From an uncultured Chromatiales bacterium (GTDB lineage Bacteria; Pseudomonadota; Gammaproteobacteria; SZUA-140), in contig CAZOOF010000002.1 of the NCBI GenBank assembly GCA_964581365.1, forward strand, positions 9,826 through 73,825: a stretch of 64,000 nucleotides of DNA. The letters are read 5' to 3'. The notes below the pieces were generated by a model that saw nothing but the letters and a program-made list of their open reading frames with translations, was not told the origin of the DNA and searched no databases. Shown in pieces: positions 19,805-29,830 of this stretch (the first letter of the stretch is position 1; every line of letters begins with the position of its first letter). The position numbers were made by a program, and so were the translations under genes.

Positions 19805-20784
19805 TCGCCGTCGCGCGCGCAGCGGAAACCCAGATCGAGAAACCGCGCCGCAGGATGCAGCGGATAGCGATAGGCCGCGCGGTAAAAGTGGCTGATGACG
19901 TAGTGACCGAGCCCGCCCCAGCCGCCGCCACGGGCGACCTTGAGCCTTTCACCCTCAGGTAGTTCGAACTCAGAGCCTTCGTACGGTGCATACCAGTCGT
20001 CCACCCACTCCATGACGTTTCCGGCCATATCGTAGGCGCCGTAATATGATTTTCCGGCTTCGATTGAACCGACCGGACGCAGGCCCGCTTCCTGACCGGC
20101 GATCACCCGCTCCCGGCTCCAGGTATCTCCCCAGGGAAACTCACGCCCGTCGGGCCCCCGGGCCGCTTTCTCCCACTCCTTTTCGGTCGGCAACCGCTTT
20201 CCGGCCCACTCGCAATACAGGCGCGCGTCCTGCCAACCGACTCCGGCGACGGGCAGCGAATCCTGTTCCCGGCGCTTGCGCTCGATGAGGTCAAGCACGG
20301 CGCCCCGATCCAGGTCTGCGAGTTCGCCTTCAATGCCGAACATGTCGAGCGCCAGCCCCCGCAATTCCTCCACACCGAGATCGGCGGCTTCGAGAATCTC
20401 ACGCGTCAGCAGATAACCGCTGCTTTGCCAGCCGTCCGGCACCCAATGATCGGTCTCGATCACGAAACGGCTGTATTCGAGATTCGTCACCTCATGACGA
20501 TCGATGAAGAAGGTATCGAGATGGAGACGGCGCTGAGGCGTCTCGTCGAGGTATGGCGCCTTGTTGAGCCCGAATTCCGCGAGATCAGGGCCGCCCGCGG
20601 CGCTCGCCGGGGTTCCAAACAGAAACCCGCCGGCCGGCACCGGAACCATGTCGCCGGCGCTTGCCCCGGTCGCCGCCATGAGGAGCCCCGCCGCAACGAT
20701 CAGGGCTCGAGCACCGGTATGATCGGCGGTGTTCGGGGTCACCACTTCCTCCTCTAGCGCCATCGGGCGGGCCGCGCGAAGCAC
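19765..20784 (-). CDS. Formylglycine-generating-enzyme (FGE/SUMF1) family protein, exported or membrane-anchored.
   Basis: FGE-sulfatase domain motifs (…[11 protein letters not shown]…[18 protein letters not shown]…RGGGW…). N-terminal hydrophobic segment. Confidence 0.8.
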   Translation of the reverse strand: MLRAARPMALEEEVVTPNTADHTGARALIVAAGLLMAATGASAGDMVPVPAGGFLFGTPASAAGGPDLAEFGLNKAPYLDETPQRRLHLDTFFIDRHEVTNLEYSRFVIETDHWVPDGWQSSGYLLTREILEAADLGVEELRGLALDMFGIEGELADLDRGAVLDLIERKRREQDSLPVAGVGWQDARLYCEWAGKRLPTEKEWEKAARGPDGREFPWGDTWSRERVIAGQEAGLRPVGSIEAGKSYYGAYDMAGNVMEWVDDWYAPYEGSEFELPEGERLKVARGGGWGGLGHYVISHFYRAAYRYPLHPAARFLDLGFRCARDGDQASPDSGGLPAP

Positions 20785-20933
20785 AGTCCGGGAATCAGAT
20801 GGATCAGATTACCTGTCACGCCTGCATGGTGAAAGAAGAATCAGACACCCGGAGCCATCCGGCAGCGCAGAGATCACGGTCCAAGTCAGGCGGATGAGCA
20901 AAACACTCCTGCGTGGCGCCTGCACTGGTCGTC

Positions 20934-21971
20934 TCAGTCCTGCGCGTCGCTGGCGCAACGGAAACCGAAGGTATCGTTTCGGACCCGTGCACTGAAGAAG
21001 CCGCGGTTGTAGACCGGGGCAGAAATACCACATTTGTAGAAGGAGCAATCCCACCAGGAACCGCCCTTGAGCACCCGATAGATTTCGCCGTAGTTCTCGG
21101 ACGGGCGGTCATTTCCCGGATACGGCTTATACCAAGAAGCGGTCCACTCCCAGACGTTACCGGTCACATCGTGCAGCCCATAGGGACTGGCGCCCTGCGG
21201 AAACGCGCCGACCGGCGTCGTATCTCCCCTGCGCTCGAGCGCCGACCAGCGCACAGGCGTATTGGCGCGGACGATATCGAAGTACTCACCCCAGGGGAAC
21301 GGCCGCCCATCGGTGCCGCGCGCAGCCTTCTCCCATTCGGTTTCGGTGGGCAGGCGCTTGCCTGCCCATGCACAGTAATCTCTGGCATCGAACCAGGAGA
21401 CCTGCACCACCGGATGATCCGCCTTCCCCGGCGGATGGCCGCGCCCCTCGAAATGTGCCGGCGCTCGCCGGTGGGTGGCCTCGATGAACTGCTGGTACTG
21501 AAGATTGGTCACCGGATAGCGATCGATGAGGTAATCGCCCAGGTAGACGACATGCTGCGGACCTTCGTCGGAAAAGCGCTCGTCGGTGCCCATGATGAAT
21601 TCACCGGCGGGAATGCGGATCATCGGGCCCGGATCGGCGCCGAAGCGGGAGCCTTCGTAATATTGAGGTCCTTGCAGACCCATGGCGTCATCAGCTCCAC
21701 CCCCGCCGGCGGCGACACCCTCCGCAACCGGCAGCGAAGACGCAGGGATGCCATCGGTGTGGCAAGCCAGGCAACCGCGGCTCTTCAGTTCTGGCGCAAA
21801 CACGCTGGCGGTATGACACTGCTCGCAGCGGGAAGCCTCTCCGCCGTGGTGTTCGATATCGTGGCCACGGGAGCCGGCCGGCGTCGTATCGGCGGCGAGC
21901 ACCGCCACCCCCGGCCCAACCGCCAGAGCGCAAGCAATGTACAGATGAAGGGTCAGCAGAGTTCGAGTCAT
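20934..21971 (-). CDS. FGE/SUMF1-family protein fused to an N-terminal di-heme c-type cytochrome region (CEQCH, CLACH), secreted.
   Basis: Signal peptide MTRTLLTLHLYIACALA, two CxxCH motifs, then an FGE domain (…YPVTNLQYQQF…[18 protein letters not shown]…GGSW…). Paralogous to the neighbouring gene. Confidence 0.8.
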   Translation of the reverse strand: MTRTLLTLHLYIACALAVGPGVAVLAADTTPAGSRGHDIEHHGGEASRCEQCHTASVFAPELKSRGCLACHTDGIPASSLPVAEGVAAGGGGADDAMGLQGPQYYEGSRFGADPGPMIRIPAGEFIMGTDERFSDEGPQHVVYLGDYLIDRYPVTNLQYQQFIEATHRRAPAHFEGRGHPPGKADHPVVQVSWFDARDYCAWAGKRLPTETEWEKAARGTDGRPFPWGEYFDIVRANTPVRWSALERRGDTTPVGAFPQGASPYGLHDVTGNVWEWTASWYKPYPGNDRPSENYGEIYRVLKGGSWWDCSFYKCGISAPVYNRGFFSARVRNDTFGFRCASDAQD

Positions 21972-22046
21972 CGCCAGCCAGATGCACGAGGCCTCGCGAA
22001 CGGCCCGGCAAGCCGCAATGATATCATGCGCTCCGCCGGGCATCGG

Positions 22047-22718
22047 TCAGCGGCGGGAGGCAAGGCGATGTGCGGCGCGCGTCGTTTCCGGCAACCGGTA
22101 CCGGCTGACGCAGCGCAGCACGAAGCCGATCGCGCTTGCGAGCGTGATGCGATGGCCAGCCGACACGAAAACCGGGCTGACACCGGCCCTGGTTCGCAGC
22201 ACCGCACCGATGCACTCGCCCCGGTCGAGCAGCGGACACCAGCCCCCCTTTTCCTGCGGCACCTCACCGTGCGTTCCGATCAGCCGGCTCTTGGCGACAC
22301 CGATCGTCGGCAGATCCAGCCACAGGCCGAGATGCGCGGCAATGCCCAAACGACGGGGATGAGCGACGCCGTGACCATCGCAGAGCACCAGGTCCGGCAT
22401 TTCGCTGACGCGCCCGAAGGCCTCCAGCACCGCAGGAAGCTCGCGAAACGAGAGCAGACCGGGCACGTAGGGAAAGGAAGTGGGGCGACGTGAAACGATG
22501 CTTTCGAGCGGCTGCAAGTCCGGAAACGACAGCACGGCGAGTGCCGCGCGGGTGATCGCCCCCTGCTCCTCGAAGCCGACATCGACTCCGGCGACGCGCC
22601 GCACGGAACCGAAATCATCGACATTGGTCCGAACGCTCCCTGCAAGTTCGCGCTGCAGGGCAATCGCCGCCTTCGGCGTCAGATCCCAGCCATGAAGCGG
22701 TTCGCGCCGCTTACTCAC
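22047..22718 (-). CDS. nfi: Endonuclease V (deoxyinosine 3' endonuclease).
   Basis: 224 aa aligning with E. coli Nfi (…AGVDVGFE…[11 protein letters not shown]…[19 protein letters not shown]…[10 protein letters not shown]…YRLPE…). GTG start at 22718. Confidence 0.85.
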   Translation of the reverse strand: MSKRREPLHGWDLTPKAAIALQRELAGSVRTNVDDFGSVRRVAGVDVGFEEQGAITRAALAVLSFPDLQPLESIVSRRPTSFPYVPGLLSFRELPAVLEAFGRVSEMPDLVLCDGHGVAHPRRLGIAAHLGLWLDLPTIGVAKSRLIGTHGEVPQEKGGWCPLLDRGECIGAVLRTRAGVSPVFVSAGHRITLASAIGFVLRCVSRYRLPETTRAAHRLASRR

Positions 22719-23265
22719 GCGCCCCAACGCTGCGCAGGTAGAGCACCACCTCGTTATTGCTCGCCAGCGTCGCCAGATGCATCGGCGTGGAGCCGTCAGC
22801 ATTGCGCAGGGTGTGATCGGCGCCGCCTGCGAGCAGCGCCCGGACGACCTCCAGATGCCCGCGCTGCGCCGCCCAGTGCAGAGCAGTGGTGCCGGTCTTC
22901 TCGGTCTGGTTCGGTTCGGCGCCACGCGACAGCAGCAGCTTCACCGTCTCGACCTGACCACGATGCGCAGCCCGCATCAACGCTGTCCAGCCGTCATCGT
23001 CGGCGGCATTGACATCGGCCCCGTTGTCGATCAGTAAGGAGACAATGTCGTCGTTGCCCAGGCGTGCCGCGTGCATCAGCGCAGTCCAGCCAAAATTGTT
23101 GCGCTCGTCGACCGCGGTGCCGGCTTCCAGCGCACTCCTCACCTCATCGGCGCGATCATGCATCGCCGACTTCATCAGCTCGGTGTTGCCGTCACAGCCG
23201 GCGAGCAGCAGCGCAAAGGCAAGGAGCGCCGGGATACAAAGCAGCCGTGTGCGACAGTTCTTCAT
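22711..23265 (-). CDS. Ankyrin-repeat lipoprotein (184 aa).
   Basis: Lipobox LLAGC after a signal peptide, then about 4 ANK repeats ([20 protein letters not shown]…[21 protein letters not shown]…). Confidence 0.75.
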   Translation of the reverse strand: MKNCRTRLLCIPALLAFALLLAGCDGNTELMKSAMHDRADEVRSALEAGTAVDERNNFGWTALMHAARLGNDDIVSLLIDNGADVNAADDDGWTALMRAAHRGQVETVKLLLSRGAEPNQTEKTGTTALHWAAQRGHLEVVRALLAGGADHTLRNADGSTPMHLATLASNNEVVLYLRSVGARE

Positions 23266-23494
23266 CGCGCCCGATTCTATCATGAAGCGCCTGCCCGCCC
23301 GCGCCCAGCGACGCGCGCCGGCCAGCTCGTGGCCACGCCCGCTATGAATTACCGGCGCCATGCGGCTATCATCTTCCGGAGCTGTCCGCCCGACACCGCT
23401 GTTCCCGCAGATCCCGATACCGGCGCCCATTCGGTTACCGGCAGCGATGAAGCGATCGACAGCAGCGAACTGAACCGCTCTCCGGATGCCATCA

Positions 23495-23794
23495 ATGAAG
23501 CTTTTCCCTTGTCCCAAGTGTCGCCAGAATGCCATTCCCCTCAAGGACAAGTATCTGGCGGCCATCTGGATGAGCGTGCACTGCCCGCGCTGCGGCACGC
23601 GCCTGTGCGCGCATCCGCTACTGATGACGCTTCTTTATTTCATCTACTTCTGGATTGCCGCTGCCTGCATTTTCCTTGCAGTGGCATGGAGCAGCTGGGT
23701 ACCGCTGCTGGCGATGCTGGCGCTGTGGCTGCTGGTGGATCTGGCCAGCATCGCGTGGATGCCGCTGCGCGCCATGCGTCCGCGGATGGGCTGA
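23495..23794 (+). CDS. Small zinc-ribbon membrane protein (about 99 aa), hypothetical.
   Basis: N-terminal CPKC…CPRC zinc ribbon followed by two TM helices. Confidence 0.5.
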   Translation: MKLFPCPKCRQNAIPLKDKYLAAIWMSVHCPRCGTRLCAHPLLMTLLYFIYFWIAAACIFLAVAWSSWVPLLAMLALWLLVDLASIAWMPLRAMRPRMG

Positions 23795-23803
23795 CAAGCT
23801 CCC

Positions 23804-24679
23804 ATGGCATCCATCCTGGGCATCGGCGTCGCGGTTCTGGACGTCATTCTCAGCGTAGAAAGCTATCCCGCCGAGGATGCCAAGCTGCGGGCGACTGCGC
23901 GCCGCAGCTCTTGTGGCGGCAATGCGGCGAACACCCTGAGTGTGCTGACGACGCTGGGACATCGCTGCGGCCTCGCCGGCGCCCTTGCCGCCGACGCCGA
24001 TGGTCAGCGCCTCGCGGAAGAGTTGCGCAAACGCAACATCGACCTGTCGCCGGCCCGCGTCCACGCCGCGGGAAGCACGCCCGTGTCCTACATACTGCAC
24101 AGCCTGGCGAACGGTTCACGCACCATCGTGCATCACCGGACCCTGCCCGAGTTCACGCTGGAAGACTTCCTGCGCATAGACCTCGACGGCTGGGACTGGC
24201 TGCATTTCGAAGGGCGCGAAGTCGAGGCGACCGCCAGGATGATGGAGCACGCCCTGGCGCAGGGGAAAACGATTTCGCTGGAAGTCGAGAAGCCGCGTCC
24301 GGATATCGAGCGCCTGTTTCCCTTGGCGTCAGTGCTGATCTTCAGCCGCGAATATGCGGAATCCACCGGCACAGGAGCGAGCAGGTTTCTCACCCTGATG
24401 CATGGACGTCTGCCCGGCCGCAGGCTGTTCTGCGCCTGGGGCGCGGAGGGCGCCTGGACCGTCGACGCCGGCGGAACACCGGTCCACACCCCACCCTGGA
24501 CTCCGCCACGCATCGTTGACACGCTTGGGGCAGGCGATACTTTCAACGCAGGCATCATCGACGGACTGGTGCGCGGTCTCGGACCGGCCGAGACGCTGGC
24601 CGCAGCCTGCCGCCTCGCCGGCGAGAAGTGCGGCGCCGTCGGACTGCCGCCCGCACGCACGGAGACAATGAACCGATGA
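23804..24679 (+). CDS. PfkB-family carbohydrate kinase (ketohexokinase/ribokinase-like).
   Basis: 291 aa. N-terminal GxGxxxxD…GGxxxN and C-terminal [11 protein letters not shown] (the DTxGAGD-type anion hole). Confidence 0.75.
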   Translation: MASILGIGVAVLDVILSVESYPAEDAKLRATARRSSCGGNAANTLSVLTTLGHRCGLAGALAADADGQRLAEELRKRNIDLSPARVHAAGSTPVSYILHSLANGSRTIVHHRTLPEFTLEDFLRIDLDGWDWLHFEGREVEATARMMEHALAQGKTISLEVEKPRPDIERLFPLASVLIFSREYAESTGTGASRFLTLMHGRLPGRRLFCAWGAEGAWTVDAGGTPVHTPPWTPPRIVDTLGAGDTFNAGIIDGLVRGLGPAETLAAACRLAGEKCGAVGLPPARTETMNR

Positions 24680-25044
24680 TCAGAATCTATGATCGCAAAG
24701 GATTCGACGAACTGCTGTGTGTTGCTCTGCCCACACTGCACTCTGCTGATCTGTCGACTGCACAGCTGCCGCAAGCCTCCCTGGTGGAAATGGATCTGCG
24801 CTGCGCCGACCTGTCGAGGGCGAACCTCGAGCACGCGGACCTGCGCCTGGCGCGGCTGGAAGGCGCGAACCTGTCCCAGGCCAATCTCACCGGCGCGGAT
24901 CTCTCCGGCAGCGATCTGCGCAATGCGGATCTCTCCGGCGCGCGACTGGAGGGCGCCCGTCTCGACGGCGCGCTGCTCGACGGCGCGCGCCTCCCCGCGG
25001 GGGGGTTGAAAGGTATCGGAATCCGGGTGGAAACCCGCGAATAA
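24676..25044 (+). CDS. Pentapeptide-repeat protein (122 aa).
   Basis: Tandem A(D/N)LSxA(N/D)LxxA repeats. The start ATG overlaps the PfkB stop (ATGA). Confidence 0.8.
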   Translation: MIRIYDRKGFDELLCVALPTLHSADLSTAQLPQASLVEMDLRCADLSRANLEHADLRLARLEGANLSQANLTGADLSGSDLRNADLSGARLEGARLDGALLDGARLPAGGLKGIGIRVETRE

Positions 25045-25121
25045 CCCGGATCCGCCGCCGGAGCGAGACCGGAACTGTTACAATCCGGTGATCCCCGTAT
25101 CCGCCACTATCGGTTTCTCCC

Positions 25122-27356
25122 ATGGATGTGAACCAGCTTCTGGAATCTCTCAACGACGCTCAGCGTGAAGCGGTGGCCATGCCGCCCGGCCACGCGCTGA
25201 TACTGGCCGGCGCCGGCAGCGGAAAAACCCGCGTGCTGGTGCACCGTATCGCCTGGCTGGTCCGCGCCCACGGCGTGTCACCGTTTGCGATTCTGGCCGT
25301 CACCTTTACCAACAAAGCGGCCGCTGAAATGCGCGGCCGTATCGAGCAGATGCTGGGAATGCCCGCCAGCGGCATGTGGGTCGGCACTTTCCATGGCCTG
25401 GCTCATCGCCTGCTGCGCACTCATTACCGCGAAGTCGGACTGCCGCAGACTTTCCAGATTCTGGACTCCGAAGATCAGTATCGCCTGATCCGCCGCCTGC
25501 TCAAGGGGATGGAGCTCGATGAGGCCCAGTGGCCACCCAAGCAGGTCCAATGGTTCATCAATGGCCGCAAGGATGAAGGCCAGCGTGCCCGTCATATCGA
25601 CGATCGCGGCGATCCGTACATGCGCCAGATGCTGCGCATCTATCAGGCGTATGAAGAGGCATGCCAGCGCGCCGGCGTGGTCGACTTCGCGGAGCTGCTG
25701 CTGCGCGCCCACGAACTGTGGCGCGATCATCCCGAGGTTCTCGCGCACTATCAGGGGCGCTTCAGACACGTGCTGGTCGATGAGTTCCAGGACACCAACG
25801 CGATCCAGTATGCATGGCTGCGCCTGCTGACGGGCGGTGAAAACCATCTGTTCGTCGTCGGCGATGACGATCAGTCGATCTATGGCTGGCGCGGCGCCCG
25901 AATCGAGAACATCCAGCGCTTCAGCCAGGATTATCCCGGCACGCGCACCATCCGGCTGGAACAGAATTACCGTTCGACCGGCAATATTCTGCGCGCTGCC
26001 AACGCGCTCATCGACCACAATCAGGGTCGCCTGGGCAAAAAGCTGTGGACTGATGGCCGGGACGGCGAACCGATCCGCCTTTACGCCGCCTTCAATGATC
26101 TGGATGAGGCGCGATTCGTGGTGGATCGCCTGCGGCGCTGGATCGCCGACGGGAATCGGCGCGATGAGGCTGCCGTACTCTATCGCTCCAACGCCCAGTC
26201 GCGCGTGATCGAAGAAGCGCTCATTGCCGCCAGCATACCGTATCGGGTCTACGGCGGCTTCCGCTTCTTCGAGCGGGCCGAGATCAAGGATGCGCTCGCT
26301 TATCTGCGCCTGGTAGCCAACCGCAATGATGATCCATCGTTCGAGCGCGTGGTGAACATGCCGACCCGCGGCATAGGCGATCGCACACTCGATCAGCTGC
26401 GCGAGCACGCACGCGCTACTGGCAGCTCCCTGTGGCGCGCGGCGGAAGCGCTCTGCGAATCAGACGATCTGGCGGCACGGGCGGCATCGGCGCTGCGCGG
26501 CTTTCTCGGCCTGATCGAGCGGCTGGAACACGACGCGGCCGAGTTGCCGTTGTTCGAACAGGTCGATCTGGCGATTCGCCTGAGCGGGCTGATTTCCCAT
26601 TACTCCAAGGAAAAGGGTGAACGCGGACAGGCCCGGGTCGAGAACCTGGAGGAACTGGTATCTGCAGCCCGCGGCTTCGAATACTCGGCGGAAGAAACCG
26701 ATATGTCGCCGCTCGCCGCCTTTCTTGCTCACGCAGCGCTGGAGGCCGGCGAGGGCCAGGCGGATGAACACTCCGATTGCGTACAGCTGATGACGCTGCA
26801 TTCGGCCAAAGGTCTGGAGTTTCCGCTGGTGTTCATGGTCGGCATGGAAGAAGGCCTGTTCCCCAACGGCCGCTCGGTGGAAGAACCCGGACGCCTCGAG
26901 GAAGAGCGCCGCCTGTGCTACGTCGGCATCACGCGGGCACGGCGGCTGCTTTATGTCAGCCACGCCGAGGTGCGCCGACTGCACGGCTCGGAAATGATGC
27001 AATCGCCTTCGCGCTTCATCGGCGAGCTTCCCGCCGAGGTGATCGAGGAGGTACGCAGCCGGAGCCCGCGCGTGATCCCATCCGGCCACCGCTCGGGCGA
27101 GCGCCCCATGTATCCACAGCGCACCGCCCCCGCGTATCCGGCACCACATACGCCGCCCCGGCGCCCGACGGTCTCCGGGCAGCCCGGACTGCCCGGCGGC
27201 CTGCGTCTCGGCCAGCGGGTAACCCATCCCAAGTTTGGGGAGGGTGTGATCATGGACCACGAAGGCGAGGGCGCGCAGGCCCGCGTCCACGTGAACTTCC
27301 GCAATGCCGGCAGCAAATGGCTGGTGATGGCCTACGCCCGTCTGGAAGCCCTCTGA
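25122..27356 (+). CDS. uvrD: DNA helicase II UvrD (SF1 3'-5' helicase).
   Basis: 744 aa. N-terminus LNDAQREAV…LILAGAGSGKTRVL, helicase motifs I-VI, and a C-terminal extension as in UvrD. Confidence 0.9.
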   Translation: MDVNQLLESLNDAQREAVAMPPGHALILAGAGSGKTRVLVHRIAWLVRAHGVSPFAILAVTFTNKAAAEMRGRIEQMLGMPASGMWVGTFHGLAHRLLRTHYREVGLPQTFQILDSEDQYRLIRRLLKGMELDEAQWPPKQVQWFINGRKDEGQRARHIDDRGDPYMRQMLRIYQAYEEACQRAGVVDFAELLLRAHELWRDHPEVLAHYQGRFRHVLVDEFQDTNAIQYAWLRLLTGGENHLFVVGDDDQSIYGWRGARIENIQRFSQDYPGTRTIRLEQNYRSTGNILRAANALIDHNQGRLGKKLWTDGRDGEPIRLYAAFNDLDEARFVVDRLRRWIADGNRRDEAAVLYRSNAQSRVIEEALIAASIPYRVYGGFRFFERAEIKDALAYLRLVANRNDDPSFERVVNMPTRGIGDRTLDQLREHARATGSSLWRAAEALCESDDLAARAASALRGFLGLIERLEHDAAELPLFEQVDLAIRLSGLISHYSKEKGERGQARVENLEELVSAARGFEYSAEETDMSPLAAFLAHAALEAGEGQADEHSDCVQLMTLHSAKGLEFPLVFMVGMEEGLFPNGRSVEEPGRLEEERRLCYVGITRARRLLYVSHAEVRRLHGSEMMQSPSRFIGELPAEVIEEVRSRSPRVIPSGHRSGERPMYPQRTAPAYPAPHTPPRRPTVSGQPGLPGGLRLGQRVTHPKFGEGVIMDHEGEGAQARVHVNFRNAGSKWLVMAYARLEAL

Positions 27357-27416
27357 GCACGAGAGCGCTCCTCTCCTCAGCTCGGACAGAACGGCGTGAC
27401 TAGCGGAGACAAGCCG

Positions 27417-27986
27417 ATGGAACGCCCGCGCTGCGGCTGGTGCGGAAGTGATCCGCTCTACATCGCCTACCACGACCATGAGTGGGGCGTACCCTTGCAC
27501 GACGAGCGCAGGCTGTTCGAAATGCTGCTGCTGGAAGGCGCTCAGGCGGGCCTGGCCTGGATCACGGTACTGCGAAAGCGGGAGAATTATCGCCGCGCCT
27601 TCGAGGGCTTCGATCCGCAACGCATCGCAGCCTGGTCGGACGCCGATGTAGAGCGCCTGATGAACGATCCCGGGATCATCCGCAATCGCCGCAAAATCGA
27701 AGCTGCCATTCGAAACGCGCGGGGCACGCTCGAGATCATCGAGCGCCATGGATCCCTGGGAGACTGGCTATGGCGCTATGTGGACCACGAACCCGTCCAG
27801 AATGCCTGGCGCCACCTGAGCGACATCCCCGCCAGTACTCCCACCTCGAACGCCATGAGCCGCGATCTTCGCCGGCTGGGCTTCAATTTCGTCGGACCGA
27901 CGATCTGCTATGCCTTCATGCAGGCGACAGGAATGGTGAATGATCACCTCGTCGACTGCTACCGGCATGACGAGCTGAAAGGCTGA
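27417..27986 (+). CDS. tag: DNA-3-methyladenine glycosylase I (Tag).
   Basis: RCGWCGSDPLYIAYHDHEWGVPLHDERRLFEMLLLEGAQAGLAWITVL… is the Tag signature including the zinc-binding Cys/His. Confidence 0.85.
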   Translation: MERPRCGWCGSDPLYIAYHDHEWGVPLHDERRLFEMLLLEGAQAGLAWITVLRKRENYRRAFEGFDPQRIAAWSDADVERLMNDPGIIRNRRKIEAAIRNARGTLEIIERHGSLGDWLWRYVDHEPVQNAWRHLSDIPASTPTSNAMSRDLRRLGFNFVGPTICYAFMQATGMVNDHLVDCYRHDELKG

Positions 27987-27995
27987 TCCCTATCC

Positions 27996-28738
27996 TCACG
28001 TTCGCAGCAGGCCTTCCTGCTCGAGAATCGCCCGCACCGGCTCTGCCCAGCCGCGGTTCGCGACGGGGCTTGCCGGACTGGGGTGAGGAATACAGATGAT
28101 GCGAAGCCCGCCGTCCGCCAGCGTGTCCTGCAGGCGCCTGGCTGCGAAGCCGCCGATACCCACAGCGGCCTCCGGCTGCAGAATGTCCACGACATCGCGC
28201 AGGTGGGCATCGCATGCCGCCTGCAGCGCTGTCCGCTCCGTCTTCGGCAGTTTATCGGGAGTCAGATTGCGCCCTCCCTCGTCCATGAATACCAGCGGAC
28301 AGTAGTTGACGACGAAGTGCTCGGCGAAGAATCTCTCCGCCGTGCCGAATTCATCGCGGAAGAACCCCCACAGCCTGCGGCCGCTGACCTCGCTGCGCGG
28401 GCAGTCGAAGCCAGTGACCGGTCTTTTCGGATGCTCCCTCGGCGGTTTGCCCACCGGCGCGTCGATACCCAGCCAGTCCCGCACGGCTGCCACCTCTCCG
28501 AACGGCACGCCGGTCTGCGCCATGCCAAACGGGCCCGGATTCATGCCCATGAAAATCACCCGCTTGCGCCCCGCACCATAACGCCGCAGATAAAGCTCGT
28601 GCGGCGCCCAGGCATATCGCAGCGGATTGTAGACATACGCCACCGGCGGCGCGAAGCTGAGCGATTCGACCCGATCGCGCAGTGCGGCGGCTGCCTGCAC
28701 CAGTTCTGCGGCCGTATCAGTGCGGATATCGAGAGACA
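27996..28738 (-). CDS. SMUG1-like single-strand-selective uracil-DNA glycosylase (UDG family 3).
   Basis: …YNPLRYAWAPH…GMNPGPFGMAQTGVPFGEV…HPKRPV…SEVSGRRLWGFF…HPSPASPVANRGW… is a near-identical motif set to SMUG1. A GTG start at 28738 is inferred. Confidence 0.75.
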
Positions 28739-28845
28739 CGGGTAATTCCCCCCAAAAAATAAAATGCGCCACGCGGGTGAGACGCTTTCCCGGCAAACTG
28801 CGACGTATTAATCTCACACGATCGAAGATTCTGGCCGGAACCGTC

Positions 28846-29544
28846 ATGCGCGTCCACATCCTGCAGCACGTCGATTTCGAAGGCCCCGGCGCCATCACCG
28901 CCTGGCTCACCGCGCAGGGCGCGCGGGTGGGCTATACCCGATTCTTCGAGCCTGACCCGGAAATCCCGGATCCTCACGCACTCGACCTCATCATTGCCCT
29001 CGGCGGCCCGATGAGCGTCAACGATGAACAGGTCTACCCCTGGCTGAGCGAAGAGAAACGCCTGCTGGGGGAGGCCATCCAGAGCGGCACCCCGGTGCTC
29101 GGCATCTGCCTGGGAGCCCAGCTCATCGCCGCCGCTTGCGGCGCGCAGGTGAAAACCGCCCGGACGAAGGAAATCGGCTGGTACCCGATCACTGCAGTGG
29201 CCGGCGATGACCCGGACCGGTTCGCCTTCCCGCAGCAGATCACAGTCCTTCATTGGCACGGAGAAACCTTCGACCTGCCGGCCAACGCCGTCCAGCTGGC
29301 GCGCAGCGCCGGGTGTGAAAACCAGGCATTTCAGCTCGGCCGCTCGGTCGTCGGACTGCAGTTCCATCTGGAAGCGACCCCCGACAGCGTCGACCAGCTC
29401 ATCCGCAACTGCGGCCACGAGCTGGCCGATGATGGCCCCTGGGTCCAGACTGAAACCGAGATCCGGGGTGAACCGCCTTCAACCTACCAAACCATCAATG
29501 CCCTGCTGGGAGACCTGCTCTACTATCTGTTGGCTCGATCCTGA
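28846..29544 (+). CDS. Class I glutamine amidotransferase-like protein.
   Basis: 232 aa. GICLGAQL (nucleophile elbow Cys) … HWHGETF (His). Confidence 0.75.
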   Translation: MRVHILQHVDFEGPGAITAWLTAQGARVGYTRFFEPDPEIPDPHALDLIIALGGPMSVNDEQVYPWLSEEKRLLGEAIQSGTPVLGICLGAQLIAAACGAQVKTARTKEIGWYPITAVAGDDPDRFAFPQQITVLHWHGETFDLPANAVQLARSAGCENQAFQLGRSVVGLQFHLEATPDSVDQLIRNCGHELADDGPWVQTETEIRGEPPSTYQTINALLGDLLYYLLARS

Positions 29545-29565
29545 GCCATCAATGAGGCTGGTGCC

Positions 29566-29823
29566 ATGAGCACTCGCGCGTTTGCTGCCATGCTACCCCT
29601 CCTCGCACCGTCGCTGGCGGTCGCGGAGCTTGAGCTGCCGCCGGAAAACGCTCGCCCGCTGTCGGAAATCGTGGAAGCAGTAGAGAGCCAGGGCTTCGTT
29701 CCTTTCGAGCTGGAGTTCGAAGACGGTCGCTGGGAAATCACGGCATTTCGGGAAGGCAAGCCGGTGAGGTTGTACGCTGATCCGCGCAGCGGCGGCATTT
29801 CCGAGCGGGACAGCCGCCGCTGA
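29566..29823 (+). CDS. PepSY-domain small periplasmic protein.
   Basis: Signal peptide, then the …EIVEAVESQGFVPFELEFEDGRWEITAFREGKPVRLYADPRSG PepSY pattern. Confidence 0.6.
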   Translation: MSTRAFAAMLPLLAPSLAVAELELPPENARPLSEIVEAVESQGFVPFELEFEDGRWEITAFREGKPVRLYADPRSGGISERDSRR

Positions 29824-29830
29824 GCTCCTG

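Noticed and set aside
20913-22493. 526-aa + strand ORF spanning the FGE-2 and nfi loci in antisense
   Set aside because: Both minus-strand genes have strong family motifs. The + frame is an Arg-rich shadow.
25278-27749. Two long minus-strand ORFs (376 aa and 429 aa) antisense to uvrD, tag and the region between them
   Set aside because: UvrD helicase motifs I-VI are on the + strand. The antisense ORFs are shadow frames.
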